64,000 nt of DNA from Nitrospira sp. Ga0074138 (GCA_001464735.1 LNDU01000029.1:5573-69572), one strand, 5' to 3'; shown: positions 29,989 through 41,058, counted from the stretch's first letter. Numbers and translations are program-made. Notes: a model not told the origin generated them from the letters alone.

Positions 29989-30471
29989 AAAGCCACGCAA
30001 CCATCTACCTTGAAGAAGGCTCCTGAAATAGCACGGGCGACCTTGCACTACGGTGGGAGGTCGCCCGCGATCGGCGCTTAGGACGCCGGAATATGATGCT
30101 CTCAGTTGTTGCGGCCCAGAAGACCCACACGATACAAGTCGTCCAAGGTTTCCAGTCGGGGAAGACCTCGTCAGTTCCGGGTACCTGTGTTCCTCTTGCT
30201 TCCGAAGGGCTCTCCACTCATATGGCTCTGGCCCTCATGTATGAGGGCCATACGTGCCATTCTGGCACAGCCAGCGAAGAATCGGCTAGCAAGACCGACG
30301 AGAAACCCACCCGTGAATCGGTGGGCCTGATGGGCCAGGTGGCGTCGTGTCGTCCATTTCCACCCTCCTCTCGCGATGAACTCACCGAGAGACCTGGATG
30401 GCAGCCGCGCGGTCTACCCGATCTCTCGAACTTCCGTTACAAGATGGGCCGCACTGTCCTCACTACGCCCA

Positions 30472-30912
30472 TTAGGAGACCTTGTCAAGAGTGATCTGAC
30501 TCTTCTTGGCACCGATGCGTAACACAGAGCAGATGCCGACCAACACAAGATCTTCAAGCGGAGAATACCATCGCAAAGGCAGAGAGAAGAACACGCCGTA
30601 GCACCCACAGTTTGGAAGATCAAGGCCGCGGAACAGGGTCATGATGAGCCCCACGGCATAGAGACCGTTCAACATCAGGGCAAGAAACGCACCGGTCGGG
30701 AGCTGCCAACCGGAAAGGATCCATGCTGCCAGTACCCACTCGACTGCAATGATCATGAGCGCCACCGGCCAGAGAGACCAGCTGGGGAACAGCCTGTAGG
30801 TAACCAAGATATCGACGAACCCAGGCAGATCCAGTGATTTTCCTAAAGCTGAGGCCAGGAGCACTCCCCCGATCAACAGGCGGCAACACCATGTCACGAC
30901 GGTCCAATTCAT
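30472..30912 (-). CDS. MauE/DoxX family membrane protein
   Basis: LASALGK, four TM segments, GLDLPNCGCYG. Confidence 0.75.
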   Translation of the reverse strand: MNWTVVTWCCRLLIGGVLLASALGKSLDLPGFVDILVTYRLFPSWSLWPVALMIIAVEWVLAAWILSGWQLPTGAFLALMLNGLYAVGLIMTLFRGLDLPNCGCYGVFFSLPLRWYSPLEDLVLVGICSVLRIGAKKSQITLDKVS

Positions 30913-31041
30913 ATGGGAGACTCCCGCATAAAGAATCAGGAGGAGCGCGGTGCTTCTGCCGCACTCCTCCTTTTTTCATGCCTCACCCGTGATTGAGCAA
31001 AAATGGCTGCACGGACCAATCAATGTCGCGCTGACGCCCCG

Positions 31042-31860
31042 CTACACGATCCTAAGCTTGGTGAAATCTACACCTTCTGGTGCCGGGGGCGTCTTGAGGT
31101 TCATCTCTTCCAACGCATCAACGACACACTCAGCCACGATAAGATTGCGGTACCACTTCCGATTGGCCGGCACGACATACCACGGCGTCCGCTCGGTACT
31201 CGTGGCCGAGAGGACCTCTTCGAAGGCTTTCTGATACTCATCCCACAACTTGCGCTCCTCAAGATCGCCAGAACTCCATTTCCAGCGCTTCTCCGGATCG
31301 GCGATGCGGGCCTCCAACCGTTTTTTCTGCTCTTCCTTCGAGATATGGAGAAAGAACTTGAGCACGGTCGTGCCGTTCTCAGTCAGCAGCTCCTCGAATT
31401 CTTTGATCTGGTCCAAGCGGCACTTCGCAACTTTCTCGGACACCCATCCATGCACCCGTGTAATCAGGACGTCCTCATAATGCGATCGGTTAAAGATCCC
31501 AATGTAGCCTTTGGGAGGAACTTCGCGGTGAATGCGCCACAAAAAATCACGAGCCAATTCATCCTTGGAGGGAGCCTTGAAAGCCGCAACTTTGCAGCCC
31601 TGCGGGTTGATGCCGGACATCACGCTCTTGATGGTCCCATCCTTTCCGCTTGTATCCATCCCCTGCAGGACGATAAGAAGCGATCGAGTCGCGTTGGCAT
31701 ACAGACGCTCTTGGAGTCCATCGAGCCCGGCGATGAATTTGGCCGTTTCCGCTTTTGCCTTTTCTTTACCTTGGTCGCTCTTCTTGTACTCCCCGGTGTC
31801 GTCCGGATCGTACTGTTTCAATGAAAGCTTGGCGCCGGACTTCACACGGTACCGTTTCAT
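31042..31860 (-). CDS. ppk2: Polyphosphate kinase 2 family protein (class III-like)
   Basis: QGMDTSGKDG Walker A, FNRSHYEDV and FFLHISKEEQKKRL. Confidence 0.92.
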   Translation of the reverse strand: MKRYRVKSGAKLSLKQYDPDDTGEYKKSDQGKEKAKAETAKFIAGLDGLQERLYANATRSLLIVLQGMDTSGKDGTIKSVMSGINPQGCKVAAFKAPSKDELARDFLWRIHREVPPKGYIGIFNRSHYEDVLITRVHGWVSEKVAKCRLDQIKEFEELLTENGTTVLKFFLHISKEEQKKRLEARIADPEKRWKWSSGDLEERKLWDEYQKAFEEVLSATSTERTPWYVVPANRKWYRNLIVAECVVDALEEMNLKTPPAPEGVDFTKLRIV

Positions 31861-31967
31861 GAGTTCCTCCCTGTCTCAGCGCAGAAGACGCCCCATCGTT
31901 GGTGATTGGAGGGCACACTGCACATACCCGCGTATGTTCCTAGAATCGGATGAACCGGGTGTGGAGC

Positions 31968-32948
31968 CTATGGTTGTCTTGGAGCATCCTGGGCACAGCG
32001 GAAGCCGACATTAGGATCCTGCTCGGTCGGATCACCCTTCGTGCGAAACGAAGACCGTAGCCGATATGGCGTATTGATGTAGGATCCACCGCGCTGGACT
32101 TTGGCCGTCCCTTCGCTGGGTCCACGTGGATTGATCGCGGGACTGTTGATGAAACTGGAATAAAAATCCTCGGCGTACCAGTCCATCACCCATTCGTAGA
32201 GATTGCCGGCTAGATCCTGCACGCCGTACGGACTTTGCCCCATGTGGTGATTGCCGATGACGGACACGGTCTCCGCACCGCCTTCCTTCAACCCATAGAC
32301 CGCGTGGACTGGAGTCGGCGGATCGTTTCCCCACGGATAGGTCCGTTCATCGGTCCCGCGTGCCGCCTTTTCCCATTCAGCCTCTGCGGGTAGCCGTTTC
32401 CCCAGCCAAAGACAATAGCCCATCGCATCCATCCAGTTCACCCAACGGACAGGACGCTCGGCATGAATCACAGGCGTCTCCTTGTCCGCGAATCCCCATG
32501 GAGGTTCGCTCTGAATAGCTTCAACGTACTTGGCGAATCGTCCGTTCGTCACCTCAAATTTGTCGATGTAGAAAGCATTGAGGTAGACCCGGTGCGTAGG
32601 GGCTTCGTCTTCATCTCCTTTGTCGCTTCCCATCACAAACTCACCGGCCGACACCAAGACCATCGGTGCTCCATCTTTCCCAATCAGTTCAGGAGCGGCC
32701 GTGGACAGCACAGCCAGCTGGTGCATAGCGCCACCGTTGGTCGGCGACTTGCTCCTCTCTCCAGCTTTGTGCTCGCCATTGGCGCCGGGAAGTTTCGCCG
32801 GAATGGGAGGAAGATCAGGCTTGAGGGAAGTTGACGGGACGGACTCAGACTTCGAGGTCCGACTTTCTGTCGCCGCTGCAAGCCCTGTCTGTAGAAGGAG
32901 GGTCAGGGCACCAGTCATACACGCGGTAACAATTCGTTGGACATTCAT
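31968..32948 (-). CDS. Secreted FGE-sulfatase (SUMF1-like) domain protein
   Basis: Signal peptide; FVMGS, DKFEVTN, RLPAEAEWEKAARG, AGNLYEW and GFRCAQD. Confidence 0.85.
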   Translation of the reverse strand: MNVQRIVTACMTGALTLLLQTGLAAATESRTSKSESVPSTSLKPDLPPIPAKLPGANGEHKAGERSKSPTNGGAMHQLAVLSTAAPELIGKDGAPMVLVSAGEFVMGSDKGDEDEAPTHRVYLNAFYIDKFEVTNGRFAKYVEAIQSEPPWGFADKETPVIHAERPVRWVNWMDAMGYCLWLGKRLPAEAEWEKAARGTDERTYPWGNDPPTPVHAVYGLKEGGAETVSVIGNHHMGQSPYGVQDLAGNLYEWVMDWYAEDFYSSFINSPAINPRGPSEGTAKVQRGGSYINTPYRLRSSFRTKGDPTEQDPNVGFRCAQDAPRQP

Positions 32949-33123
32949 ACGTTGGCCTCGGCTGATACTAAGGTACCGAAAACGTAAGGCCAAAATCCAG
33001 CCCACCTCGATCTGGCTGCTCTATGGCCCGAAGCCCGACGGCGGCAGCCCGTTGAACATGATAGCCGATGATTGCGTGCGAGAGTTGCACTTACCGATCG
33101 TCCAGTGTAGCGTAGGCATCAGC

Positions 33124-33570
33124 ATGCCGGTCTCGATTGCGTTCGCCATTCAGAAGTACCTCCATCTTGGCACTTGTACCCTGCTCGTCGCGCTGTCCAT
33201 CGGCGTCTCCGGCTGTGGTGGTCCTTGGCGCGATACCTATTTCAAGAAGGGGGTCGGTCGACTGTCACAGGAGGAGATTCGAGAGCGACTAGGGCCCCCG
33301 CACACGGCCAAGACCCCGGCTCTTGGCGGGGATAGTCACTGGACCTATCGGTTCGCACTCAGCGAGCAAGACCTCACCACATTGAACGCCTCATTCGTCG
33401 CTGACGCTTCCCACTCGGTCACCAGCTTGATGGGCAAGGGGGTAGAAACCGCCAAACCCACGTTGTATTGCTATCGGTACACGTTGACGTTCGCTGAAGA
33501 CAAGACCCTGAAGAACTGGAAACGTGAGGAATGCGTTCCGGGTACCCGCGAAACACTGACCGCCAAATAG
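33124..33570 (+). CDS. Probable lipoprotein
   Basis: LSIGVSG-C lipobox-like signal. The ORF-track N-terminal extension overlaps the antisense FGE gene and was dropped. Confidence 0.6.
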   Translation: MPVSIAFAIQKYLHLGTCTLLVALSIGVSGCGGPWRDTYFKKGVGRLSQEEIRERLGPPHTAKTPALGGDSHWTYRFALSEQDLTTLNASFVADASHSVTSLMGKGVETAKPTLYCYRYTLTFAEDKTLKNWKREECVPGTRETLTAK

Positions 33571-33579
33571 AGGAGGATC

Positions 33580-34413
33580 GTGCCCCCAAGCGAGTGGTTT
33601 TCCATCGACAGCTCGGTCACACTGGATGGACTCAAGTCGCTGATTCTGTTGCTGTTCTTGATTAGCGTCAGAGCGCTGGCCGTCCGATGGATCGCCGGCA
33701 ATCCGACGCTCTCGATGGAGTCGAAACGTCGGTGGGTGGTGACGACCCGGAATTCCGTCGTCTTCGCGTTTCTTATCGGCCTGGTGATCATCTGGGCCCA
33801 TGAACTCCAGGCCTTTGCCGTGTCGCTCGTCGCGTTGGCGGCGGCAATGGTCTTGGCGACAAAAGAGCTGATCCTCTGTTGGAGCGGCGCGGCGCTGCGA
33901 GTGGGCGGCAAGGTCTATGCCGTCGGTGATCGGATTCAAATCGCCGGCCACCGCGGTGTGGTACTGGACCACGATATCTTTGCGACGAAGTTATTGGAGA
34001 TCGGTCCCGGGCAATCCGCACACTTGTACACCGGCCGGGTCGCCGTATTTCCCAATAGCCTGCTATTCACGAATGCCTTGATCAAAGAGAATCCAGACCA
34101 GGAGTATGGCCTCTATACACTCGTGGTGCCGATCAAGGCCGATGACGACTGGCAGAAGGCTGAACGCACTCTCGTGGAGGCTGCCAAGGCCGAGTGTGCG
34201 CCGTTCATGGAGGAAGCCGTCCGGCAAATGAAACTGCTGGAGCAGGCCAATCTGCTGGAAGCACCGTCACCGGAACCACGCATCACCATCCAATTACCCG
34301 ATTCCGGGAAAATCCATTTAGTACTCCGGTTCCCAGCCCCAGATCGGGGACGTTCCCGCATTGAGCAAGCCATCCTCCGTCGATATCTTATCGGAACGGC
34401 CACATCCAACTGA
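33580..34413 (+). CDS. Small-conductance mechanosensitive channel family protein
   Basis: Three TM helices, LATKELI and VGDRIQIAGHRGVV...FPNSLL. Confidence 0.85.
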   Translation: MPPSEWFSIDSSVTLDGLKSLILLLFLISVRALAVRWIAGNPTLSMESKRRWVVTTRNSVVFAFLIGLVIIWAHELQAFAVSLVALAAAMVLATKELILCWSGAALRVGGKVYAVGDRIQIAGHRGVVLDHDIFATKLLEIGPGQSAHLYTGRVAVFPNSLLFTNALIKENPDQEYGLYTLVVPIKADDDWQKAERTLVEAAKAECAPFMEEAVRQMKLLEQANLLEAPSPEPRITIQLPDSGKIHLVLRFPAPDRGRSRIEQAILRRYLIGTATSN

Positions 34414-34507
34414 CCGGCTCAGAGAGTTTCTGCCCCAATACATGAAGAGGGCTTCCTTCGTCGCCGAAGGAAGCCCTCTGATGACCTCATGCGATCAGAT
34501 GACCGTC

Positions 34508-35566
34508 TTACTTCGGAAATGACTTCGGCGCGGAGACATGTTGCCACCCTTCCCCGTTGAGCGTACGGAGAAACGCCACCAGGTCATGCTTTTCCTCATC
34601 CGTCAGCTCAAGGGGGATAACGAGATTGTCCTGGTGGGGATTCTTGACACCACCTTTGTTGTAGAAATCCACGACTTCTTCAAGCGTCTTGAAACGCCCA
34701 TCGTGCATGTACGGAGCGCTTCGCGCGATCTCCCGCAAGGTGGGGGTCTTAAATGCACCGAGTTCCTCAGCGTTCTGCGTGACCATGTATCGACCAAGAT
34801 CCACTTTATTGTCGTCCCAGCCGATGCCGAGGTTGTGAAATTTCTCGTCGGTGAAATTGAACCCGGAGTGGCACTTAGTGCAACGTGCCTTATCCCTGAA
34901 CAGGATGAGGCCCTTCTGCGCGGCTTCCGGAATGGCCCCCGCTTCCCCTCCCTGATCGAAACGGTCCGCAGGGCTGTTGCCGGACAAAACAGTGCGCTGA
35001 AAGCTGGCAATGGCCATGCCGACCCTTTCCGTCGTGATGGTGTCATCCCCGAAGACTTGCTTGAAGAGTTTCCGGTAGCCTGGGATTTTCATCATCTTCG
35101 CATTCATGACATCGTAGTTGGCAAAGCCGTGCTCGATCGGATTCGTAAACGGACCGACCGATTGAGCTTCCAATGTCGGGGCCCGGCCGTCCCAAAATTG
35201 TGTGCTGCTGAACACCCGGTTGAAGGACGCTGGTGCGCTGCGACCACCCTTCTGGCCTCGGATGCCGGCAGAGACTGGCTTGCCATCCGTGAACGCGAAT
35301 TTCGCCATATGGCAATTCGCGCAGGCGATGGTGTTGTCCTGCGACAACCGCTTGTCAAAAAACAGCAACCGGCCTAACTCGACCTTCTCCTTCGTCAACG
35401 GATTATCGGCCGGAATGACCACAGCAGTCTCTTCGAGACCGAAAGGAATCTTGAGCTTGTACTCCTCTGCTTGTGCGTCGCCGAAAGAAACTCCACACAA
35501 CAGTCCAACCACCATACACACCCACGCAGATATTGAAACCGTTAGCATTCGCCTCGTCATATTCAT
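34508..35566 (-). CDS. Di-haem cytochrome c peroxidase (CcpA/MauG family)
   Basis: CANCH and CTKCH haem motifs, LFFDKRLS, QFWDGRA and FKTPTLR..APYMHDG; signal peptide. Confidence 0.92.
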   Translation of the reverse strand: MNMTRRMLTVSISAWVCMVVGLLCGVSFGDAQAEEYKLKIPFGLEETAVVIPADNPLTKEKVELGRLLFFDKRLSQDNTIACANCHMAKFAFTDGKPVSAGIRGQKGGRSAPASFNRVFSSTQFWDGRAPTLEAQSVGPFTNPIEHGFANYDVMNAKMMKIPGYRKLFKQVFGDDTITTERVGMAIASFQRTVLSGNSPADRFDQGGEAGAIPEAAQKGLILFRDKARCTKCHSGFNFTDEKFHNLGIGWDDNKVDLGRYMVTQNAEELGAFKTPTLREIARSAPYMHDGRFKTLEEVVDFYNKGGVKNPHQDNLVIPLELTDEEKHDLVAFLRTLNGEGWQHVSAPKSFPK

Positions 35567-35694
35567 CTCCTTCCTTCTATTGGCTATCTCTGTGACTTTG
35601 GACTTCCTCAGCGAACTCCCCGCTTTATCGTTCATTCCCTCTGGATCCTTCTCAAGCGGATCGACTGTGCGCGGAAACCACTATCTCTCTCAGA

Positions 35695-36207
35695 TTATTC
35701 CAGCAGGCTCCGGAGCATCCACGCCGTCTTCTCATGCACCTGCATACGCTGAGTTAGGAGATCGATCGTCACTTGATCGGAAGCCTTTTCGGCCGTCACA
35801 AAGACTTTCCGTGCCGTTCGTACCAGCGCTTCCTGCCCTTCAACCAGTTGGAAAATCATATCTTCCGCTTTGGGCACACCCGTGGCTTCAGCGATAGATG
35901 ACAGCTTCGAAAACTGGGCGTAACTCCCCGGCGCAGGATGCCCCAGCGCCCGGATGCGTTCCGCCACCAGGTCAACCGCCAATGCCAGCTCGTTGTAGTG
36001 CTGTTCGAACATCAGGTGGAGCGTCTGAAACATCGGCCCCGTGACATTCCAATGGAAGTTATGCGTCTTGAGATAAAGGGTGTACGTATCAGCCAGCATC
36101 TTGGATAACCCTTCGGCAATCGCCTTTCGCTGAGCCGGTTCGATCCCGAGATCGATCTGCGGACCGTTGTGGGCTCTTGCCTTCGTTGAACTGCGAGTTT
36201 TCGCCAT
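35695..36207 (-). CDS. dps: DNA starvation/stationary phase protection protein
   Basis: [14 protein letters not shown]...[11 protein letters not shown] and HEKTAWML. Confidence 0.95.
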   Translation of the reverse strand: MAKTRSSTKARAHNGPQIDLGIEPAQRKAIAEGLSKMLADTYTLYLKTHNFHWNVTGPMFQTLHLMFEQHYNELALAVDLVAERIRALGHPAPGSYAQFSKLSSIAEATGVPKAEDMIFQLVEGQEALVRTARKVFVTAEKASDQVTIDLLTQRMQVHEKTAWMLRSLLE

Positions 36208-36489
36208 GGTGTCCCTCCTACGGTCCGGCCAAGTCCGGGCTTGTCATATCATGACTTGGCCTATCGTCTCAATTGGGTCCTATCGGACAAGACCACAAAT
36301 CCGATATGGCCATATTCTACCAAGAAGTCTGATTATCAACATTCACTCTGCTCTCAGGACCTCCTCCTTGATACGTCTGCGTCAGTGATCACTCGCGTGC
36401 TGGAGTGAAAGATAACCTGGTCTTTATTATTAGTCCAATTGATAATTTATTGTACCTATATAAGAATAAATTATGATAAAAGTCGATCG

Positions 36490-37413
36490 ATGACACTGAC
36501 GGAATTGCAGTACATCGTGGTCGTGGCGCAGGAACGGCATTTCGGCCGCGCTGCGGAACGAGCATTCGTGACCCAACCGGCATTGAGTCTCGCGATCAAA
36601 AAGCTGGAAGATGAATTGGGTACGATGATTTTCGAACGACGCCGGAGCCGAATCGAACTGACTCCGCTCGGCGAGCAAATCGTCCATCAAGCGCAGCGTG
36701 TACTAGAAGAAGCGGAACACATCAAACTCATCGCGGCACAAGGCAAAGATCAACTGAATGGACTGCTGCGGTTCGGGGTCATCGCCACCGTCGGGCCTTA
36801 TATCCTGCCAGATCTAATCCCGACTCTTCACAAGCGCGCGCCGGCGATGCCGCTCGAAATCGAAGAGAGCTTAACGGCCAATCTGACCGCGATGCTCAAG
36901 AACGGGAAATTAGATGTGATCATGGTGGCCCTGCCGTTTGAAGAGCTGGGCATTCACACTCAAGCCCTCTACGACGAGCCGTTCAAAGCAGTGGTCCCAG
37001 TTGGGCATCGGTGGGAGCACAAAAAGCAGATCGACGCGCGGAAACTCGACGGCGAAAAGGTGTTACTGCTTCATGCCGGGCACTGTTTTCGCCAGCAGGT
37101 GTTGAATGCTTGCCCAGAACTGAGCCGATCCGATGCGGAAGGTCTACAGGGAAATTCTCTCGAAACGATTCGCCAGATGGTCGCCTCGGGGTTAGGCGTC
37201 ACCGTGTTACCCTGCAGTGCCCTCACGAAGAAGTACGCAAATAAGCGATTGATCGCCATCGACCTGGCAAAACCGGTACCGGGGCGTCGAATCGGACTCG
37301 CGTGGCGCCGTGGGTTTACACGACCACAAGTGATCGACGTGATCCGAGACGCAATCCGTGGGCTGAAGATGCCGGGATTGAGTATGGTGCCAGGCGAACA
37401 CCGGTCGGCATGA
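36490..37413 (+). CDS. oxyR: Hydrogen peroxide-sensing LysR regulator
   Basis: MTLTELQYIV...HFGRAA HTH and GHCFRQQVLNAC (Cys pair); divergent from dps. Confidence 0.9.
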   Translation: MTLTELQYIVVVAQERHFGRAAERAFVTQPALSLAIKKLEDELGTMIFERRRSRIELTPLGEQIVHQAQRVLEEAEHIKLIAAQGKDQLNGLLRFGVIATVGPYILPDLIPTLHKRAPAMPLEIEESLTANLTAMLKNGKLDVIMVALPFEELGIHTQALYDEPFKAVVPVGHRWEHKKQIDARKLDGEKVLLLHAGHCFRQQVLNACPELSRSDAEGLQGNSLETIRQMVASGLGVTVLPCSALTKKYANKRLIAIDLAKPVPGRRIGLAWRRGFTRPQVIDVIRDAIRGLKMPGLSMVPGEHRSA

Positions 37414-37494
37414 CACCTCTCAGCGTTTCTTCTGGGCGCTTGTTGCGCCAGATGACTTTTGTTAGGATGCCGCCGACTGAGCTGAAGCACGTCT

Positions 37495-38271
37495 TTGATG
37501 AAAATCGCCACGTTCAACGTCAATTCATTGCGCAAACGCTTGTCGATCGTGCTGGAATGGCTCGATCGGCACAAACCGGATGTGCTGTGCCTTCAGGAAA
37601 CCAAAGTCCAGGATAGCGAGTTTCCCTTGCTCGCGCTGGCACCCAGCGGGTATGTAACGACTTTTCGCGGGATGAAATCCTATAACGGGGTGGCAATTCT
37701 CAGCCGAAAGAAGCCGGAAGCAGTGTTCTACGGATTCGACGATGGAGGAGACCCTGAGGACGCTCGCTTGCTGAGGGTGATCATCGATGGGATTCCCATC
37801 GTGAACACCTACGTGCCGCAGGGGTTCGAAATCGACTCGCCAAAGTATGCCTACAAGCTCGCCTGGTACGAACGACTACGGAACTATTTCAACGCACACC
37901 TTTCACCGCAGGCCCCGGCGATCTGGTGCGGAGATATGAATGTAGCCCCACGCCCCATGGACGTCCACGGTCCAGAGAAACATCTGAACCATGTCTGCTA
38001 TCACGAAGCCGCACGTAAGGCATATGAACAGACGGTGGCATGGGGATTTCAAGATGTCTTCGTGAAACTCTACCCGACACGTCAACAATATACATTCTGG
38101 GACTACCGTGCGCCGAGCTCACTTGCGGCCAACAAAGGGTGGCGTATCGATCATATGATGGCCACCGCGCCACTCGCGGATACATGCGTGAAGGCGGATG
38201 TGGACGTCGAGCCGCGGAGAGCGAAAGAACCGTCAGACCACACCTTTTTGTGGGCTGAGTTTTCGATCTGA
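37495..38271 (+). CDS. xth: Exodeoxyribonuclease III
   Basis: IATFNVNS, LQETK, YNGVAILS, GDMNVA, GWRIDH and SDH. Confidence 0.93.
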   Translation: MMKIATFNVNSLRKRLSIVLEWLDRHKPDVLCLQETKVQDSEFPLLALAPSGYVTTFRGMKSYNGVAILSRKKPEAVFYGFDDGGDPEDARLLRVIIDGIPIVNTYVPQGFEIDSPKYAYKLAWYERLRNYFNAHLSPQAPAIWCGDMNVAPRPMDVHGPEKHLNHVCYHEAARKAYEQTVAWGFQDVFVKLYPTRQQYTFWDYRAPSSLAANKGWRIDHMMATAPLADTCVKADVDVEPRRAKEPSDHTFLWAEFSI

Positions 38272-38347
38272 CCATGCGCGCGACATCCACTCCAACCATG
38301 CCGATCGATCCCGCTGTCTTGAGGCTGACTGGAATGGGACTCCCCTC

Positions 38348-38503
38348 CTAGGCCGCCTTGGCTCGCATGTGGTTGCTGCGATTCTGCTCGATCAAGGGAT
38401 CAATGATCAGCCCACAATTGAGACAGCGCAGAATAACAGTGCTGGACGAGACCGCTGGTTGACGCTCTTGGATCATCAGGCCTTTACATTTTAGACAAGT
38501 CAT
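38348..38503 (-). CDS. Small CxxC...CxxC zinc-ribbon-like protein
   Basis: MTCLKCKGLM...RCLNCG; GGAGGGAG RBS; paralogue at 45655..45900. Confidence 0.65.
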   Translation of the reverse strand: MTCLKCKGLMIQERQPAVSSSTVILRCLNCGLIIDPLIEQNRSNHMRAKAA

Positions 38504-38744
38504 GAGCTCCCTCCTGCTGAGATAAATGATGATAATCACATCACATATGCACGAGAGCTACAGTAGCATCGTGAGATTAACCCCAAGTTAACAGCCAGTT
38601 AAAAATCTCTAATGTCGAGTTCTCATTATTTGACTTTTCAGCACGTTACACTTCGTGCCTGCCGATGTGAATGTTCAACTCTCCGCGAGGAAGTCACGGA
38701 CTCAGCTGCGAAGTCCGGAATTGGAAGTGGTTTAGAAACACTCG

Positions 38745-40043
38745 ATGAAGAATCCAACACCATCCCCCGATAAAACATCCACGGCGGATGTGGCAATTAT
38801 TGGCGGAGGAGCGGCTGGCCTTGCCGCTGCCATCACAGCGAAAGAACACAGCCAAGACGCAAGGATCTACCTGCTCGATGGGGCTAGGTCATTGGGGGCC
38901 AAAATTCTGGTCTCAGGCGGAGGACGTTGCAACGTCACGCATGATGGCGTAACACCGAAGGACTTTTTTGGCAATCGGCACATCGTCCGCAACATTCTCG
39001 CGGCATTTTCCGTCGAACAGACGATCGCGTGGTTTACCTCACTCGGTGTTGAACTGAAACGCGAAGACACCGGCAAGATGTTTCCTACCACCAACAAGGC
39101 ACGCACTGTTCTTAATGCACTGCTCGCGCGTGCGCGGGATTCGGGTGTCACGGTATGCCCGGATCATCGTGTGAGCGAAGTCACTCGGTCTGAATTCGGC
39201 TTTCAAGTTGAGCATAGGTATGGCCTGCTCCATGCCGCCCGACTCATCCTCGCCACCGGTGGTCAGTCGTTGCCGAAAACAGGTAGCGATGGATTCGGGT
39301 ATCGGCTGGCCCGCTTTCTCGGCCATCAGGTAACACCGACTGTCCCCGCGTTAGTACCGCTCCTGTTGCACCGTTCCATGTTTCACACGACACTCTCAGG
39401 CCTCTCGCAGGAAGTAACGCTGACAACTCTGGTGGATGGCCGAGAAGTCGATCAACGCACTGGGAGCCTACTCTGGACCCATTTCGGAATTAGCGGCCCC
39501 GTCGTCATGGACGCCAGCCGCTTCTGGACCCTTGCAACGAATCGAGGCACGCGTGTGGATCTCTATGGCAACTTCGTGCCGGATCGATCATCTGAGGCAT
39601 TGAAGGGATGGTTTATCAGACAGACCGTTGAACATCCGAAGCGCTCGCTCGTACGAACCCTCTCGTTACTGGTCCCAGATCGCTTTGCCGAGTCACTCTG
39701 CCGTCATTGTTCTTGCGACCCGCAGCACATCGTGGCTCAGGTTGCGCGTACCAACCGAGAGCGGTTATTGAACGCTCTGACCAGGTTTCAATTTCCGATT
39801 GAGGGCGACCGCGGATGGAACTTTGCTGAAGTCACGGCCGGCGGTGTGCCCTTGGAAGAAATCGACTATCGCACGATGGAATCAAAACTGCTTCCCGGAC
39901 TCTATCTTGCCGGGGAGCTGCTGGATTGCGACGGCCGAATCGGAGGGTTCAACTTTCAATGGGCTTGGACGACTGGATGGCTGGCTGGGCGGTCAGCAAC
40001 CAAGAGTCTGTTTACGAAAAAACCATCCTCAGGAAACCCATAA
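38745..40043 (+). CDS. HI0933/YhiN family flavoprotein
   Basis: IIGGGAAGL, KILVSGGGRCNVT, LATGG.S.PKTGSDG, VTAGGV and GGFNFQWAW. Confidence 0.92.
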   Translation: MKNPTPSPDKTSTADVAIIGGGAAGLAAAITAKEHSQDARIYLLDGARSLGAKILVSGGGRCNVTHDGVTPKDFFGNRHIVRNILAAFSVEQTIAWFTSLGVELKREDTGKMFPTTNKARTVLNALLARARDSGVTVCPDHRVSEVTRSEFGFQVEHRYGLLHAARLILATGGQSLPKTGSDGFGYRLARFLGHQVTPTVPALVPLLLHRSMFHTTLSGLSQEVTLTTLVDGREVDQRTGSLLWTHFGISGPVVMDASRFWTLATNRGTRVDLYGNFVPDRSSEALKGWFIRQTVEHPKRSLVRTLSLLVPDRFAESLCRHCSCDPQHIVAQVARTNRERLLNALTRFQFPIEGDRGWNFAEVTAGGVPLEEIDYRTMESKLLPGLYLAGELLDCDGRIGGFNFQWAWTTGWLAGRSATKSLFTKKPSSGNP

Positions 40044-40094
40044 TCCCCAAGTTCGTTCACTCTTCCGTTCGCCACGGCCTTACTATTTCCAAGA

Positions 40095-40919
40095 TCACCA
40101 CACGCCTGCCTCTGCCTCCGAACAAGCCTTGGCTCTAGGAAGAGTCTGATACGAAGTTGCTCCTTCCTTCATAGACGGCTCATTGGGGGATAACATCGTC
40201 ACCTGGAGCTTTTCTTCAGCAAAGACCTCATCGTTGGTCCGCAAGACACCTTCACGATTCAACATCTTGGCAGCATTTGTGCGCGAAACGATCGGGGGAT
40301 ACTGTCTGAACTGATCCGCCGAGACATAAGGAACCTGGATGGTCACGGGACGGCGCTTAACGTAGATGAATTCGCGCAGATTGTCGTCAATAGGCGTCTT
40401 CAAGGTGACCACTACCGAGCTCTCCATGGGAAGAGTTGCAATCGAGAGGACATACAACGGCTTCACATTGGGCGGCGCCTCTTTCTGTCCAGTGACCACA
40501 AGATTTTGAGCCGTCAAGAGTTGCGTCGACTGATTAATGGCGGGAGACCGAACACCGACCTGTAAATTCGTGATGTCGCGATCCGACACATTTTCGAGCA
40601 ACAGCTTGAGGAGCACCCAGGCGTGAGGATCGGGGACTTTGGCCCGACCATTCGGCACCGATTGTTCCTCTCGACGGATGCTGCAATCAGATACCAGATT
40701 GCGTCGCTCAAAGAAATAAAGCGTATTCATCCCCTGTGGCTGAATGCCCCGTTCATACGTATAGAAGGACACGCCGACATGAATCATCGTTGGTCTGAAC
40801 CAGTTCACAACCGTCGGGAGGACAAAGGGGACAAAGGCAGCAAACAGCCCAAGAATGGCAACCTTACTGAGGAGGCTTTGTCGCCAGAACCAATTCCAGC
40901 ACTTCGTCAACCACGCCAT
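40095..40919 (-). CDS. Hypothetical membrane-anchored protein
   Basis: One N-terminal TM segment; no recognised motif. Confidence 0.55.
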   Translation of the reverse strand: MAWLTKCWNWFWRQSLLSKVAILGLFAAFVPFVLPTVVNWFRPTMIHVGVSFYTYERGIQPQGMNTLYFFERRNLVSDCSIRREEQSVPNGRAKVPDPHAWVLLKLLLENVSDRDITNLQVGVRSPAINQSTQLLTAQNLVVTGQKEAPPNVKPLYVLSIATLPMESSVVVTLKTPIDDNLREFIYVKRRPVTIQVPYVSADQFRQYPPIVSRTNAAKMLNREGVLRTNDEVFAEEKLQVTMLSPNEPSMKEGATSYQTLPRAKACSEAEAGVW

Positions 40920-41058
40920 GGAAACCTTACCCGATATTCTCGGTCTTGCATGTGCCAACCATACGCCCTTGGAGGAACTCCAGACAAGAGCAAGACTTTT
41001 CCTTGACTGTCGCCGTTCCAAGTCGCCATGCTGATCGTGAATCGGAATAAGAGGATCA

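Noticed and set aside
30005-30470. Several short ORFs between the GDPD and MauE genes
   Set aside because: No RBS or motif support and they conflict with each other; possibly a degraded gene that I could not identify.
31968-32948. FGE-domain gene as a further DGR target
   Set aside because: It lacks the shared 28-bp downstream element, has no DGR neighbours, and looks like an ordinary secreted paralogue.
32620-33123. N-terminal extension of the 316-aa plus-strand ORF
   Set aside because: It overlaps the FGE gene antisense; the lipoprotein signal starts near 33124.
38521-38545. GATAAATGATGATAATCACATC as a Fur-like box
   Set aside because: Only a partial match in an AT-rich region, with no iron-related gene to support it.
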